A DNA stretch of 57,539 nucleotides from Candidatus Scalinduaceae bacterium (GCA_046759445.1 JBHICG010000015.1:1-57539), one strand, 5' to 3'. Positions 39,140 to 49,835 are shown, numbered from the stretch's first letter. Notes: generated from the sequence alone by a model not told the origin. Translations and numbers: made by a program.

Positions 39140-39474
39140 TTTCTCATCTATCGTCTGTCGTCTATCGTGTCTGAAGGTACGGTGCAAAAGATGACCCGAA
39201 TGAATAAGGAGCTTTTACAGTGGCCAGTGCCCTGGTGACGGGGGTCAGTGTTAGGGATCAGTGGTCAGTTTCCAGATGACAGTGGATTAAGGTCGAATAA
39301 TTGAATGTGTATGGATTAAAAATGTGGATAAGAAAAAGTAAGATTGCTGATATATGGAAACTGGCAACTGGAATCTGAGAAGGTAGCGATCTAATGTTGA
39401 ATATCGGGATAGGTTTTTAAGAACTTATAGAGAGGTAAAAGAAAGAAGGAGGGGACTGTGGGGAGAAATGATTT

Positions 39475-39672
39475 ATGAAAATAGGCGAGTTCTTTGTTAA
39501 AAATAATTATGTTACACAAGAGGAGGTGAATGAGGCATTGGAATTGCAAAAAAGCAATAAAGGTAAATATATAGGAGAGATTCTTGTTGAGATGAAGGTA
39601 ATTACAAGAGAGCAGTTAATTGAATATGTTTGTGAATATGATGATTATAAGAAGGAAGAAAAGGGGTTGTAG
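39475..39672 (+). CDS. Stand-alone MshEN-like (T2SSE N-terminal) small protein
   Basis: KIGEFFVKNNYVTQEEVNEALELQ + YIGEILVEMKVITREQL. Confidence 0.7.
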   Translation: MKIGEFFVKNNYVTQEEVNEALELQKSNKGKYIGEILVEMKVITREQLIEYVCEYDDYKKEEKGL

Positions 39673-39745
39673 TATATTTATTCTTTAATTATTGTATAGG
39701 TATTACTTCACCAAAACGAGTATTCATTTAAAAAGGAAGGTGTAT

Positions 39746-40231
39746 ATGGCTGGATTTTTAGATAAATTTAGAAAAAATGTAGTTTCATCTGTATGGAAAG
39801 ACAAAGAAGATGTGCCTAAGGTGAAAGATATAGATGATAAAATTGCTTTGGGGGTATTACTATGGATTGTAGCTGAGGCTGATGAGAAGTTTCTAGCGAA
39901 AGAAGATGAGAAAATCAAAGAAATCCTTATTTTATATAGTAAAATTTCAAAGGAAGATATAGCGACTGTTTTGGCTTCAATCAAGGAAGCCGCGAGGGAA
40001 AGAATAGATTTGTATCGTTTTACTCATGAGGTAAGCGAGAATTTGCCTTATAACGTTAAGATATCAATTATAGAAATTCTTTTCCGTGTAGCGTGTTGTG
40101 ATAAAGAGTTGGATCATAAGGAGATCGAAATAATAAGGAAAATATCAGGCTTATTCCACATAGCGCATAAAGATTTTATTGATGCCAAAATAACGATTAA
40201 GAAAGAATTTGGCTTAGATACCTATAATTAA
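39746..40231 (+). CDS. TerB-family protein
   Basis: LLWIVAEAD...E...; DLYRFT; LFRVACCDKELDHKEIEIIRKISGLF; start ATG 39746 with AGGAAGG RBS. Confidence 0.8.
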   Translation: MAGFLDKFRKNVVSSVWKDKEDVPKVKDIDDKIALGVLLWIVAEADEKFLAKEDEKIKEILILYSKISKEDIATVLASIKEAARERIDLYRFTHEVSENLPYNVKISIIEILFRVACCDKELDHKEIEIIRKISGLFHIAHKDFIDAKITIKKEFGLDTYN

Positions 40232-40354
40232 AGAGGAGACATAAAGTTTAAAATTTGGACAGCGACCGTCAAAGGCAATTCCAAATCTTTGATTATGCCT
40301 GATTTATAATCAGGTTGAAATTTTGCTTTGCAAAATTACCTTAAATAGGGACAA

Positions 40355-40678
40355 ATGATTATGAAAAAAATGAAAATAAGCATTAGTTATACATTCTTAA
40401 TCTTACTGTTTTCTTATACTATCAATGCAGAGGAGAAGGATTATTGCAATGACCCTGATGTTAATGCTAAATGGGAGGCTTTAGTTGAACAGTATCCTGA
40501 TGATATGGGGTTGCATGCCTTGCACGCCTTAAGGCTTGGACTGTGTTTGAAAGTAGGACTAGGAGATATAAGCATAGATGAAGCCAAAGAAATATTTGGA
40601 AATGTAAGAAAGGCATTTATAGATAGAAAAGTGGACGACCTATTAGAGGAGTCTAACGAACAGGAAAAGGGGTTGTAG
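40355..40678 (+). CDS. Secreted hypothetical protein
   Basis: Signal peptide; YCND...WEAL...HALHALRLGLC. Confidence 0.65.
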   Translation: MIMKKMKISISYTFLILLFSYTINAEEKDYCNDPDVNAKWEALVEQYPDDMGLHALHALRLGLCLKVGLGDISIDEAKEIFGNVRKAFIDRKVDDLLEESNEQEKGL

Positions 40679-40734
40679 AAATATCAACACAGTTTGATTT
40701 ACCTATGAACTGTTATTCACTTTGGTTACGATTA

Positions 40735-40851
40735 TCATAAGTATCTAAAAAGAACAACCGTTATTCCCATAACGATAAGACCTGCTAGAAGGAAGTATTC
40801 AAAAACGCTAATATCGTTTCTATCTTCCAGGAATTTTATCAACTTCTCCAT
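40735..40851 (-). CDS. Flp/Fap pilin-like small protein (38 aa, degenerate)
   Basis: MEKLIKFLEDRNDISVFEYFLLAGLIVMGITVVLFRYL, AAGGAG RBS; EY followed by hydrophobic helix. Confidence 0.45.
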   Translation of the reverse strand: MEKLIKFLEDRNDISVFEYFLLAGLIVMGITVVLFRYL

Positions 40852-41672
40852 ATCGATTTCTCCTTACAAATATATGAAAGTCAGAATTTAACAACCTTTC
40901 ATTCGCTTTATCCTACATTATTATTAAGGCAGTACAGCAGCGACTGTATTAAATTTAGCTTTTCGTTTTAAGTAAATACTTATCACAGACAGCTATAATT
41001 CCTATAGCAATAGTAACCGTTATCAGACCACATAGAGATGCTATATTCAAAAAGAATTCTGATGATTTTTCCACCTTAATCACCCTCTTTTTAGCTATTT
41101 AAGTTTGTAATTGGTTAATATTACTTTAGTACTCAAGCAGGGAATTCTAGCAAGCTGATTGTACAGAATGTTTACCCGCATATATTACGGCCTATACTTA
41201 TTATCGTCATATTCTCATAAGTCTTAACCCATCAAACATCAAATTATATAGACCATTACACGTAAATATGAAATAAGACATTCCCTTGACGCTTAAAACA
41301 TAAGCTGTCAGTTATGCAGATATTAACAGGTTAAACACGCAGGCAAAAATAAACCCGACCGTATTACATACCTGCTTTTTTTATATCTTATTGGTGATTG
41401 ATGCAGTAGGGGTAAAGCTGTGGGGAGATGTTGGAGAAGTGAAACGAGAGGCAGAGGAAAACATTTCGTTTTAACACAATAAAAATTGATTTTATTTTCT
41501 TTCTATCATTTCTTATTTAGTATCTATTGTGGAGACACTATATTGTCATCCTGAAATCGTTTCAGGATGACAAAACCGCGCTTCCGCAATAACTAATTAT
41601 CGTTTTTATACCCAAGACAACAAATTCCTCAGGCATAATCATTTTGGAGATACTTATTATTATTTTCAAAGG

Positions 41673-43520
41673 TTACGATTTTTTTGTAAGATAATTGGAT
41701 TCTTCTTTACTCTCGGTTTGAGGCTTAAAGCTGAACACCCTTATGCTATTAAGGACGTAATCGGACACATAAATCTTATCATTTGAACTAGCTATCGCTG
41801 TGAGTTGCGGAAAATAGCTGGGACCTTTTCCTGACGAACCAAACTGTATAACGAATTTTCCCTGCGGGTCGAATATCTTGACCGAGTGGTTTCCTCTATC
41901 GGCGACATACAAAAAATCTTTTTCGTCAATATCAATGTCTACGGGTTCAATAAATTGTGTTACACCATGCATACCGCCAATTTCTTTTAAATACTTGCCA
42001 TTTTTTTCAAAAACCTGAATTCTTTTATTTCTATAATCAAGAACATACAGATGCTCCTTGGAATTAAAAACCAGGTCTTTCGGGTTCAGAAAAGTCCCCG
42101 GTTCGGCGCCATGTTCATCAACCTTCTCACTTTTCTTTCCGAAAGATCTTAGATATATCCCGTCAGCGTTAAAGACCTGAATGCGATTATTATTTGTATC
42201 GGACACATAAATATAACCTTGTTTATCTGCGACAACTCCCTGAATCGCATCGAATTCACTGCGATCGTTCCCCTTTCTGCCGAAATGGTAAAAAGGCGAA
42301 CCATCTGGATTTAAAAATGATAATCGGTGATTTCCTGAATCGGCAACGAGAATCCTTCCATCCTCAGACACATAAATGGCCATTGGTTTTTTTAGTTCGG
42401 AACCATTTTTAACTGATTTTCCCAGGAGTTCGCTGTTCTTTCCTTTTAATAGTATCTGTCCTTCATAATCACGGAGGGCATAGAGGCCTTGATTGGGGAC
42501 ATAATTTAAATCTACGACCGTATCTCCCGAATAAATAGCCTTTTCATAATCTATTACTGGTTTTGTATATCCGACTGGTTTCAAACCGTCTTTTTGACTT
42601 CCCGAAATATTTAATACTTGCACCCTTTTATTTTTCGAATCAGCCACATAAATGTTTCCTTGACTATCAGCGGTAATACCTGTTGGTTTGTCAAACTGAC
42701 CTTTTCCGTCACCTTTAGAACCAAACTCTAATAGGACGTTTTTATCTTGGTCAATTTTGATAATACTGTGATTGCCAAGTTCCATAAGATATATGTCCCC
42801 TCGCATGTCTACGGCCAGGCTTGCTGCATTAGAAATAAAATTATGAGTTTTGTCATTTAAAGATATTTCCTTAATTTTGCCGTTATGATGAGGATATTTA
42901 ACAACCTTCCCCGCTTCCGTAAATAGAACATACATATTTTGCTCTACGTCAAAGACAATGTCTGTGGGTCTATGCTCGACTGACCAGACACGAAGAAAAC
43001 ATCCATTAGGGCTAAATTTTGAAATCTTTTTGCTGGCAATATCGGCAACGTATATATTTCCTGAATGATCAACGGCCACACCGGTCGGTGATTCGAATTC
43101 ACCAGGTTCTGTTCCCAGATTCCCTATTTCATAGAAAAAATGGCCGCCAGGTCCATAAACCTGCACACGACTATTGCCGGTATCAGAGACGATGATTTCA
43201 CCCTTAAGGGAAAGTGCTAAAGATTGAGGTTTGTCAAGCTGTCCTAATAATGAACCTTTTTTTCCAAAGCTTAATTTTATATTTCCTTCAGTATCAAAAA
43301 CAAAAACTTTGCATGATTTTTTATCTAATACATATACGTCTCCCGTTTGTGATACAGCGGCGTCGATGGGTTCTTTTAATTCCGATTTTAACTCCCTAAC
43401 AAATTTCACTTCTTCAAAGGCGTATCCAATATGATTGAAACAAAATGAAAAAGTGGATAATGTAACAAAACCTAATAGAATACTTATAATGCCTTTGTTT
43501 GGTTTGGTTGAAGTCTTCAT
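41673..43520 (-). CDS. NHL-repeat beta-propeller protein
   Basis: Repeated G..G.F..P.G.A.D..G.IYVAD..N.R.QVF; signal-like N-terminus from ATG 43520. Confidence 0.9.
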   Translation of the reverse strand: MKTSTKPNKGIISILLGFVTLSTFSFCFNHIGYAFEEVKFVRELKSELKEPIDAAVSQTGDVYVLDKKSCKVFVFDTEGNIKLSFGKKGSLLGQLDKPQSLALSLKGEIIVSDTGNSRVQVYGPGGHFFYEIGNLGTEPGEFESPTGVAVDHSGNIYVADIASKKISKFSPNGCFLRVWSVEHRPTDIVFDVEQNMYVLFTEAGKVVKYPHHNGKIKEISLNDKTHNFISNAASLAVDMRGDIYLMELGNHSIIKIDQDKNVLLEFGSKGDGKGQFDKPTGITADSQGNIYVADSKNKRVQVLNISGSQKDGLKPVGYTKPVIDYEKAIYSGDTVVDLNYVPNQGLYALRDYEGQILLKGKNSELLGKSVKNGSELKKPMAIYVSEDGRILVADSGNHRLSFLNPDGSPFYHFGRKGNDRSEFDAIQGVVADKQGYIYVSDTNNNRIQVFNADGIYLRSFGKKSEKVDEHGAEPGTFLNPKDLVFNSKEHLYVLDYRNKRIQVFEKNGKYLKEIGGMHGVTQFIEPVDIDIDEKDFLYVADRGNHSVKIFDPQGKFVIQFGSSGKGPSYFPQLTAIASSNDKIYVSDYVLNSIRVFSFKPQTESKEESNYLTKKS

Positions 43521-44209
43521 TGCTTTCTCCTTACTCCTCTTAATAAAGGTTACATCCTTCCCATCCTCATACACAATTGCAGATTCGGAAGGAATTAAAG
43601 AATTATAATGTTTTATTAATTCAACCGCATTTCTGATAAAAAAAAAGGCTCTTTAAGTGCCTGTGTAGTATTCTTCAACCTGCTTTTAAATTTAAGTTTA
43701 GGAACTATACAGATTCCCGCTATCAGTTTTTTTTAGTTGATAAAGAATTTTTAAAACACATGCAACAAAGAGCCTTTTATTGTCTTCACTAACGTATATA
43801 TTTATTCACAAACCTTAATTGAGAGAACAATAAATGTGCCAATTTTTGCATATTTTAGTAATTTTCTTTTAGATTGGATTTAAGTGTAGATATTTGAACA
43901 TGATGCGAGAAATAAATTTATTATGGATTAAAAGACATAATAATGGTTTTGATAAAAAAAAGGGGATAATAGTAATTTCCTCCAGTTGTCATCCAAAGGA
44001 TATTGTTTTTTGCACATATCTTTGTACTATTTTGAAACAATATATATTTGATGGAAGCGTAAGTTTGAACATTGCAGACGTTAGCAGAGGCGTTATTGGA
44101 TAGCTCATTAGCTGGCGTAAAAAATGGGTTTTAATCTGGATGACATTATTATCTCATGTGTTGCACTTACTCATTCAAGTTAAGCTGCCTTTGGCAGCGA
44201 CTTTCATGC

Positions 44210-44430
44210 TCCCCTCTAAAAAGAGGGGCTAGGGGTGTGTTAAAGGTATATCTACACACCCCTTAATCCCCTCTTTCTAAAGGGTAAACTATGATTGAAA
44301 TCCCTATACATCAAGTTAAGCCTTCGGCAGCTTTAATATAATTTTACACGGTAGGAGCCAACTCCCGTTAGCGACAGGGGCCTGCACAACATTGTGGGAT
44401 GCTGCTCGCCGTCAGGAGACGGCTCCTACC
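44210..44430. repeat. Cluster of REP-like palindromes (CCCCTCT/AGAGGGG type and GTAGGAGCC...GGCTCCTAC type)
   Basis: 44210-44285 and 44350-44430; related copies near 28278-28390 and 55817-55848. Confidence 0.65.
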
Positions 44431-44672
44431 AAAATAAGGTTGTCATAGAAAGACTGGACTTGAAACTTGGGATGCTTTATAGATGTATTTTAGTTCTGAA
44501 TTGACTTTTAAGTAAATTTTATTAATATCAAGCAAAATGAATTAAAGGTGATAGATCTCGCCTGAAACCGCCGTATGGTTTTCCATATGGCTAAGACTCC
44601 TGTAAATATCAGATGGCTGTATGGCAACATCACAATATCTACACAAAAATATCTCACACGCTAAGATAATTC

Positions 44673-44885
44673 CTCAATTTTAAGGAACGAATTTTCTGTG
44701 TTATATCATATATACCAAAGGCGACCGTTCAGGCTGCGATAGGCGCAGTACCGCTTGAAGCAGGCGTCAGATCGGGTGATATAATTCTAGCCGTATCAGT
44801 GCTATCCATACTTTTTACGGCACCTCTTGGTGCGGTGGGAATAACGATAGCTGGTCGAAGATGGCTTGAAAAGGAATTAGCATGA
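44673..44885 (+). pseudogene. 3'-end remnant of a cation:proton antiporter
   Basis: LNFKERIFCVISYIPKATVQAAIGAVP...ILAVSVLSILFTAPLGA...*; no 5' part. Confidence 0.75.
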
Positions 44886-44918
44886 AGAATGTTACCTGGT
44901 GCAGATCATTAATCTCTT

Positions 44919-46226
44919 TTAATTCACCATATTTTTAGATATCAGGTGTGCTTTACGAGATGTCCTGGTGCTCCTAAACTGTTTGTTAGCCAGGTTTGCA
45001 ATCCAAAGGAGTGTTATGTTTTTTCTCCAGAGTCCTATTCTCCTGAAAATGGATGCTAGCCGATAGAAACGATCGTATGCCCATTCTCTATTTGCGGAGA
45101 GTTCCTCTGGTGAAATCCGCTTTGGTTGAAAGACAACTCCCTGATTATCATAATTGCGCCAATTGCTGGTTAGTATCCTGCCTTCCTTTAGAAGCCTTTC
45201 TCTCAACTCAGTACCAGGGAAGGGCTTTAGGATTGAGAATCGAGCTGTCTCTAGCTTGGCTTTCTCAGCAAAATTGACTGTCTCACTAAAAACTGAGGGA
45301 GTATCCTCGTCCAGTCCAAAAATAAATGCTCCTTCAATGCCAATAGAATACTTCTGGATTATTTTGATGCATCGCAAATAGTTTTCCGGATTTGCCCAGG
45401 ATTTATTGGCACTCTTCATATTTCCGGGATCGACAGACTCCAAACCAATAAAGAGGACCATGCATCCGCTCTTGCTGGCCAACCTCAGCAATTCTTCATC
45501 ATTGGCAATTCTAATCGTTGCCTGTCCTACCCACTTCACCTTGAGTGGAATAAGGGCCTTGAATAGTTCTTTTGCTCGTGCAGGTACGCCGGCTATGTTG
45601 TCATCAACAAAGAATATGCGCCTGGCTCCCATCTTTTTGATTTCTTCCACAACAGATGGTATGGGACGTACCCGATAGCGTTTGCCATAAATAAGGGGTA
45701 CTGTGCAGAAGTGGCAGCTCATGGGACAACCACGAGAGGTTTCCATTGTGTTATTAAAGATATATCCCTTGGGCTTAAGCATATCCCGTCTGGGGAAAGG
45801 GATTGCGCTCGAATCGGGTAGCTCCTTGGCCTTATAAATTCCTTTTAGTCTTCCATTTGCAGCATCTTCGAGCACAGTATTCCAGACTGGTTCGGCCTCT
45901 CCCACTACTACGGCGTCGGCATGCCTGAGCGCCTCGTTTGGGAGAACAGATGCGTGAATGCCGCCAATGACGACCTTTCGACCTCGTCGGCGAAACTCAT
46001 CGGCAATAGCGTAAGCGTGGGTGACTGTCGCTGTCGTAGCTGTTATGCCAACTAAAGCGACTGGCTCATCAAAGTTGAGTGGTTCAATATCCGTGTCAAC
46101 TATCTTTACCGAAATGTCTTTCGGAGTAAGCGCGGCCAGATAGCACAGGTTCAGTGGCGGTACTAAACCTTTCCATCTTAATCGCTTGGTCGGATGAATG
46201 CGAGGGTAGATAAGTTTTATTTTCAT
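44919..46226 (-). CDS. B12-binding domain radical SAM protein
   Basis: VVIGGIHAS, VVGEAE, TSRGCPMSCHFC (CxxxCxxC), FFVDDN, IGLES. Confidence 0.9.
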   Translation of the reverse strand: MKIKLIYPRIHPTKRLRWKGLVPPLNLCYLAALTPKDISVKIVDTDIEPLNFDEPVALVGITATTATVTHAYAIADEFRRRGRKVVIGGIHASVLPNEALRHADAVVVGEAEPVWNTVLEDAANGRLKGIYKAKELPDSSAIPFPRRDMLKPKGYIFNNTMETSRGCPMSCHFCTVPLIYGKRYRVRPIPSVVEEIKKMGARRIFFVDDNIAGVPARAKELFKALIPLKVKWVGQATIRIANDEELLRLASKSGCMVLFIGLESVDPGNMKSANKSWANPENYLRCIKIIQKYSIGIEGAFIFGLDEDTPSVFSETVNFAEKAKLETARFSILKPFPGTELRERLLKEGRILTSNWRNYDNQGVVFQPKRISPEELSANREWAYDRFYRLASIFRRIGLWRKNITLLWIANLANKQFRSTRTSRKAHLISKNMVN

Positions 46227-46435
46227 AATCTGCTCAAATCATTACCTTGTTAAAAAAAAGAAGGTATTCTATGGGAAATTTTAATAAGCTAGCACATGAA
46301 GTGTGGGAATGCAAATACAATTTAGTATAGTGTCAAATAGAACATGAAAAAAGAGAGCAAAGTTGAAAAAGGTATATATTGTGTTATCTTTCATCCGCTC
46401 CAAAAGAATTGTTTTAATCAATGCCATTTTTAATT

Positions 46436-47044
46436 TTATGTTAATTGTGCGCTCCGCGCCTCTTTCGCTTCATTTATTATTTGAACACCACCTCTGATAA
46501 CAACCACAGAAATGATACAGCCAATAGTTAAATCAGGTATGGCTGAACTGAAATAAGCCACTAACACACCAGCAGTAATGACACCTAAATTTGCAATAAC
46601 ATCATTCTTAGAAAAAATCCATGTGGCCCGCATGTGAACTTCCCCTTTTCTATGCTTAGTCAAGAGAACAAGACATATTACATTTGCAACTAGAGCAACC
46701 AAACTGACAGAAATCATGAATACTGAGTCCGGTTCGCTTCCCATGATAGCACGTCGGGATATATCCAGCAGTACACCTATACCTAATGTCATTTGCAAAC
46801 AGCCGCTCAACATTGCGGAATTTGCTTTTATGCGTAAACTTTTGCCAACAGCATATAAACCTACACCATAAACTAATGCATCAGCAAACATGTCTAATGA
46901 ATCTGCTATCAAGCCTGTTGACTCACTTAACCAGCCTAAGGTGAATTCCATAATAAACATAACTGCATTTATCGATAGCAGTATTATTAAAACCCTGCTT
47001 TCTTCTTTACTCTTTATTTCTATTTCACATCCACAATTTGCCAT
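46436..47044 (-). CDS. Cation efflux (CDF-like) transporter, short form
   Basis: MANCGCE; STGLIADSLDMFADALVY; SKNDVIANLGVI. Confidence 0.88.
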   Translation of the reverse strand: MANCGCEIEIKSKEESRVLIILLSINAVMFIMEFTLGWLSESTGLIADSLDMFADALVYGVGLYAVGKSLRIKANSAMLSGCLQMTLGIGVLLDISRRAIMGSEPDSVFMISVSLVALVANVICLVLLTKHRKGEVHMRATWIFSKNDVIANLGVITAGVLVAYFSSAIPDLTIGCIISVVVIRGGVQIINEAKEARSAQLT

Positions 47045-47216
47045 CTAATAAATTTCGACTTTTTAAAAAATTTTAGTGATATTATTCACTTTTTTTATTT
47101 CATTCTTGAAAGGTTTACATTGTATACCCTTTTTGGATGGGTCCGAAGCTTTAGAATCTCTGCTTTGTCTCTTATTTTTGAGCAAATTTATTCGATTTTC
47201 ATATATTATAATATTG

Positions 47217-47695
47217 TTAAGTACATTTATTACTTGACAATTTTTTTGATATCCAAATATAACCAATAGCCACAGAAATAGTTGTTATTACGGCTATAAA
47301 TGGCTTTGCTATGTCTAATGCTTTTGCACCAAAAAAGCTTAGATATACAGGAAGTAACGGAGAACCACAGCAACCAGTAAAGAAGCATTCTACATCATAA
47401 ACAATCGTTAATAAGCTTATGCCACCAGCCAAGCCAACCCCTCCACACCTTCTATTTTCTAACGTTATTATGATTGCATAAGCTGTTAATGCTCCCGCCA
47501 ACGAATATGAATATCCTAAATAAAAATCATGATGTGAAATATATGACTTGAATCCAGATTTTAAATCAGCACTCTGATTTTGCAAACAACCATACTTTGA
47601 GCTATTGGATAAATATATTATGTGAAACAAAAAAATAGAGAAAAAGATTGCTAAAGGTATATAAATGCAAATCTTTTTTTATATATTTTATACAT
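47217..47695 (-). pseudogene. Membrane protein with CFFTGCCGSP motif; 5' end frameshifted in an A7 tract (or sequencing error)
   Basis: ATG at 47695 overlaps the upstream stop (TAATG); one extra A in 47674-47680 joins it to ORF 47217-47630. Confidence 0.55.
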
Positions 47696-48021
47696 TAAAT
47701 TTCCCCTTGCACATAAAGTTCATCCAGATGTTCAGGGTATGTTTCAAATATCGTATGTGCTAAGCAAACCTTACACTCAAAACATTTTTTGGTATCTTCT
47801 GTGAATTTATCGCATACTTCTTGTACTTCTTTTTCAACCTTACTAAAAGATATATTCACCTCTTTTGGAAGTTCAGATATTTGTCTTTCGATTTCCACTA
47901 CTTCCTTTCTCAATATATTGAAGGCATAATAATAGCAAACACACTTTTCAATATTATGGAATTTCTGACATGGCCTCATTATTTTAAGGAATTCTTCTAA
48001 TTTTCTTATCCTTTTTTTCAT
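47695..48021 (-). CDS. Small Cys-rich protein (C..KCVC / CFECKVC)
   Basis: Coupled by an ATGA overlap to the upstream MtrA-like gene. Confidence 0.7.
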   Translation of the reverse strand: MKKRIRKLEEFLKIMRPCQKFHNIEKCVCYYYAFNILRKEVVEIERQISELPKEVNISFSKVEKEVQEVCDKFTEDTKKCFECKVCLAHTIFETYPEHLDELYVQGEI

Positions 48022-48623
48022 GGATTAGATTTTTTAGTTAATTTATCAGTTATCTTTTCAATAATAGGAACTTCAGTAAATGCCCCCTTATCCCATAATT
48101 TATATTCATTATTTCTAAAATTGAGGGTAGAGGGTTTTTCTTGATAACAAGCACATACCACTTGCTCTAAAATTTTTTTATCAAGCGAATTACTTACATC
48201 TAATAGACTTATTTGTTTCCTGAACTGTTCTATTGCTTCTCTAGAAATGTTCTTAAGGATAGCTGTAGGAGCAGGGGTTTCTAATATGCGGAAATGTTCA
48301 TCAATACCATTGCATACAAGGGCTTTTATAGCACTGTCGGCTTTATGGGCAGATTTTCTACCTGTTAGTACGATCCAACGTATATTAGGATTAGAGACAA
48401 TATTTAGAACAATTTTTTCTATTCCTAAATTAGCCGTTTGTAATGTGCCAGAAATAGCTGCTCCTTTTTCCACTCCTACCCTCACAAGGGTTTCAGTCTC
48501 TTCAGGTATCTTGTCATAATCAGCTGTCAAGATTACAACTACTGCAACAGGAGAAAAGAAATTTCCTACTAAATAATGACCCTCCTCAACTGGCCAGTTC
48601 CATGTTATTTTAACCTTTTTCAT
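48018..48623 (-). CDS. MtrA-like (tetrahydromethanopterin S-methyltransferase subunit A-like) protein
   Basis: WPVEEGHYLVGN..SPVAV, GAAISGTLQTANLGIEKIVLNIVSNPNIRWIVLTG, His in KSAHKA; start ATG 48623 overlaps the ArsR stop. Confidence 0.8.
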   Translation of the reverse strand: MKKVKITWNWPVEEGHYLVGNFFSPVAVVVILTADYDKIPEETETLVRVGVEKGAAISGTLQTANLGIEKIVLNIVSNPNIRWIVLTGRKSAHKADSAIKALVCNGIDEHFRILETPAPTAILKNISREAIEQFRKQISLLDVSNSLDKKILEQVVCACYQEKPSTLNFRNNEYKLWDKGAFTEVPIIEKITDKLTKKSNP

Positions 48624-49006
48624 TATTGGATTTTTGCAAAACGTTTGTTTTGAATACCTAAAAGACACTTCCCTTTTACTCGTATATTAAGGCGTTTTGT
48701 TAACCTTTTCTGGTCATTTTTTATTATATCTTCAGGGATACAACCAATAAGCTTATAAAGCGTTTTTTTAAAACTATCTTTTCTATCGGCAACCGAATAA
48801 TATACCCATCTACCTTCTTTTCGATCCTTTATTAAACCAGCATGTTTTAAGACCTTAATATGTCGTGAGATATTGTATTGAGACTCTTCAAGCGAATCTA
48901 CAAACTCACATCCACATATCTCGGTTCCAGAATCTATCAGCAAACACGTTATGCGAAGACGGGTCTTATCGCCAAGCGCCTTAAATATTTCTACATGATT
49001 TTTCAT
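48623..49006 (-). CDS. ArsR/SmtB family transcriptional repressor
   Basis: FKALGDKTRLRI, EICGCEF, SQYNISRHIKVLK.AGLI..RKEGRWVYY. Confidence 0.92.
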   Translation of the reverse strand: MKNHVEIFKALGDKTRLRITCLLIDSGTEICGCEFVDSLEESQYNISRHIKVLKHAGLIKDRKEGRWVYYSVADRKDSFKKTLYKLIGCIPEDIIKNDQKRLTKRLNIRVKGKCLLGIQNKRFAKIQ

Positions 49007-49271
49007 GACAACCTCCTTTATTAGTTGCTTATATGTGCATCTATGAATATTGTAATTAATTTATTTTTTACTGTCAACCTGATTTATTCTAGATATTTAC
49101 TATTTGGCAATTTTAAGTTGCGGGGTAAAAAATCTAGATTTGTTCTATTTTAAATGAAGTGAAGTTTTTATCGTTTATCAAAAATACTGGAATACGGTTT
49201 ATCCAACCTATAAGGCAAAAGGATGCGAAAAAAACAACAATTAGAAATGAGCGAATTTTTTTATATTTAAC

Positions 49272-49835
49272 TCACTTAATCCTGGAAAGGTCTATATTGT
49301 ATTCTCTTTCACGATATGGCCCTTTAACTATTATGATAGTTTCGGCATTTGGATCAAGATTACTGTAAAGAAAACTTGATGTCACGAAATCATGATCATA
49401 TCTATTACCACCATCAAATCTGCATAACTCACAACACGGATCTTCATAATCTGTATTGACTGGCTCAATAATGTTTTCGCCCTGTTTTAGTAAAATAATT
49501 ACATCGTCCTTCGTGCGCACCTCGACCCTAAGATATGGAGAGCTAATGATGTCCTTTATCTCATTATCTGAAATCTTCTGCCCTTCATTAAACCACATGG
49601 CAGCAGTAACTGTAAGATCAACAAACTTACTCCTTACTAACATGCCACCTTGTTTAGGCCAAAAGCTGATGCATGCATTTTTTAGAATGGGACTTTTAAA
49701 GATGTCTTTTCCGTGTTCCACACCATTTTTAATAGCATCTTGAACTTCTTCTTGCTTAAGTTGTATATTAATACCCAAGGCATTTTTAGAAAGTAAAAAT
49801 AAAATAATTGATAAACTAAAAAGCACTTTTACCAA
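49272..49835 (-). CDS. Secreted hypothetical protein with CCxxC
   Basis: Signal peptide; follows the PII gene on the same strand. Confidence 0.6.
   Translation of the reverse strand: MVKVLFSLSIILFLLSKNALGINIQLKQEEVQDAIKNGVEHGKDIFKSPILKNACISFWPKQGGMLVRSKFVDLTVTAAMWFNEGQKISDNEIKDIISSPYLRVEVRTKDDVIILLKQGENIIEPVNTDYEDPCCELCRFDGGNRYDHDFVTSSFLYSNLDPNAETIIIVKGPYREREYNIDLSRIK

Noticed and set aside
48018..48623. Methanogenesis Mtr complex or hgcA
   Set aside because: No other mtr subunits; no HgcA cap-helix N(V/I)WCA motif or HgcB ferredoxin
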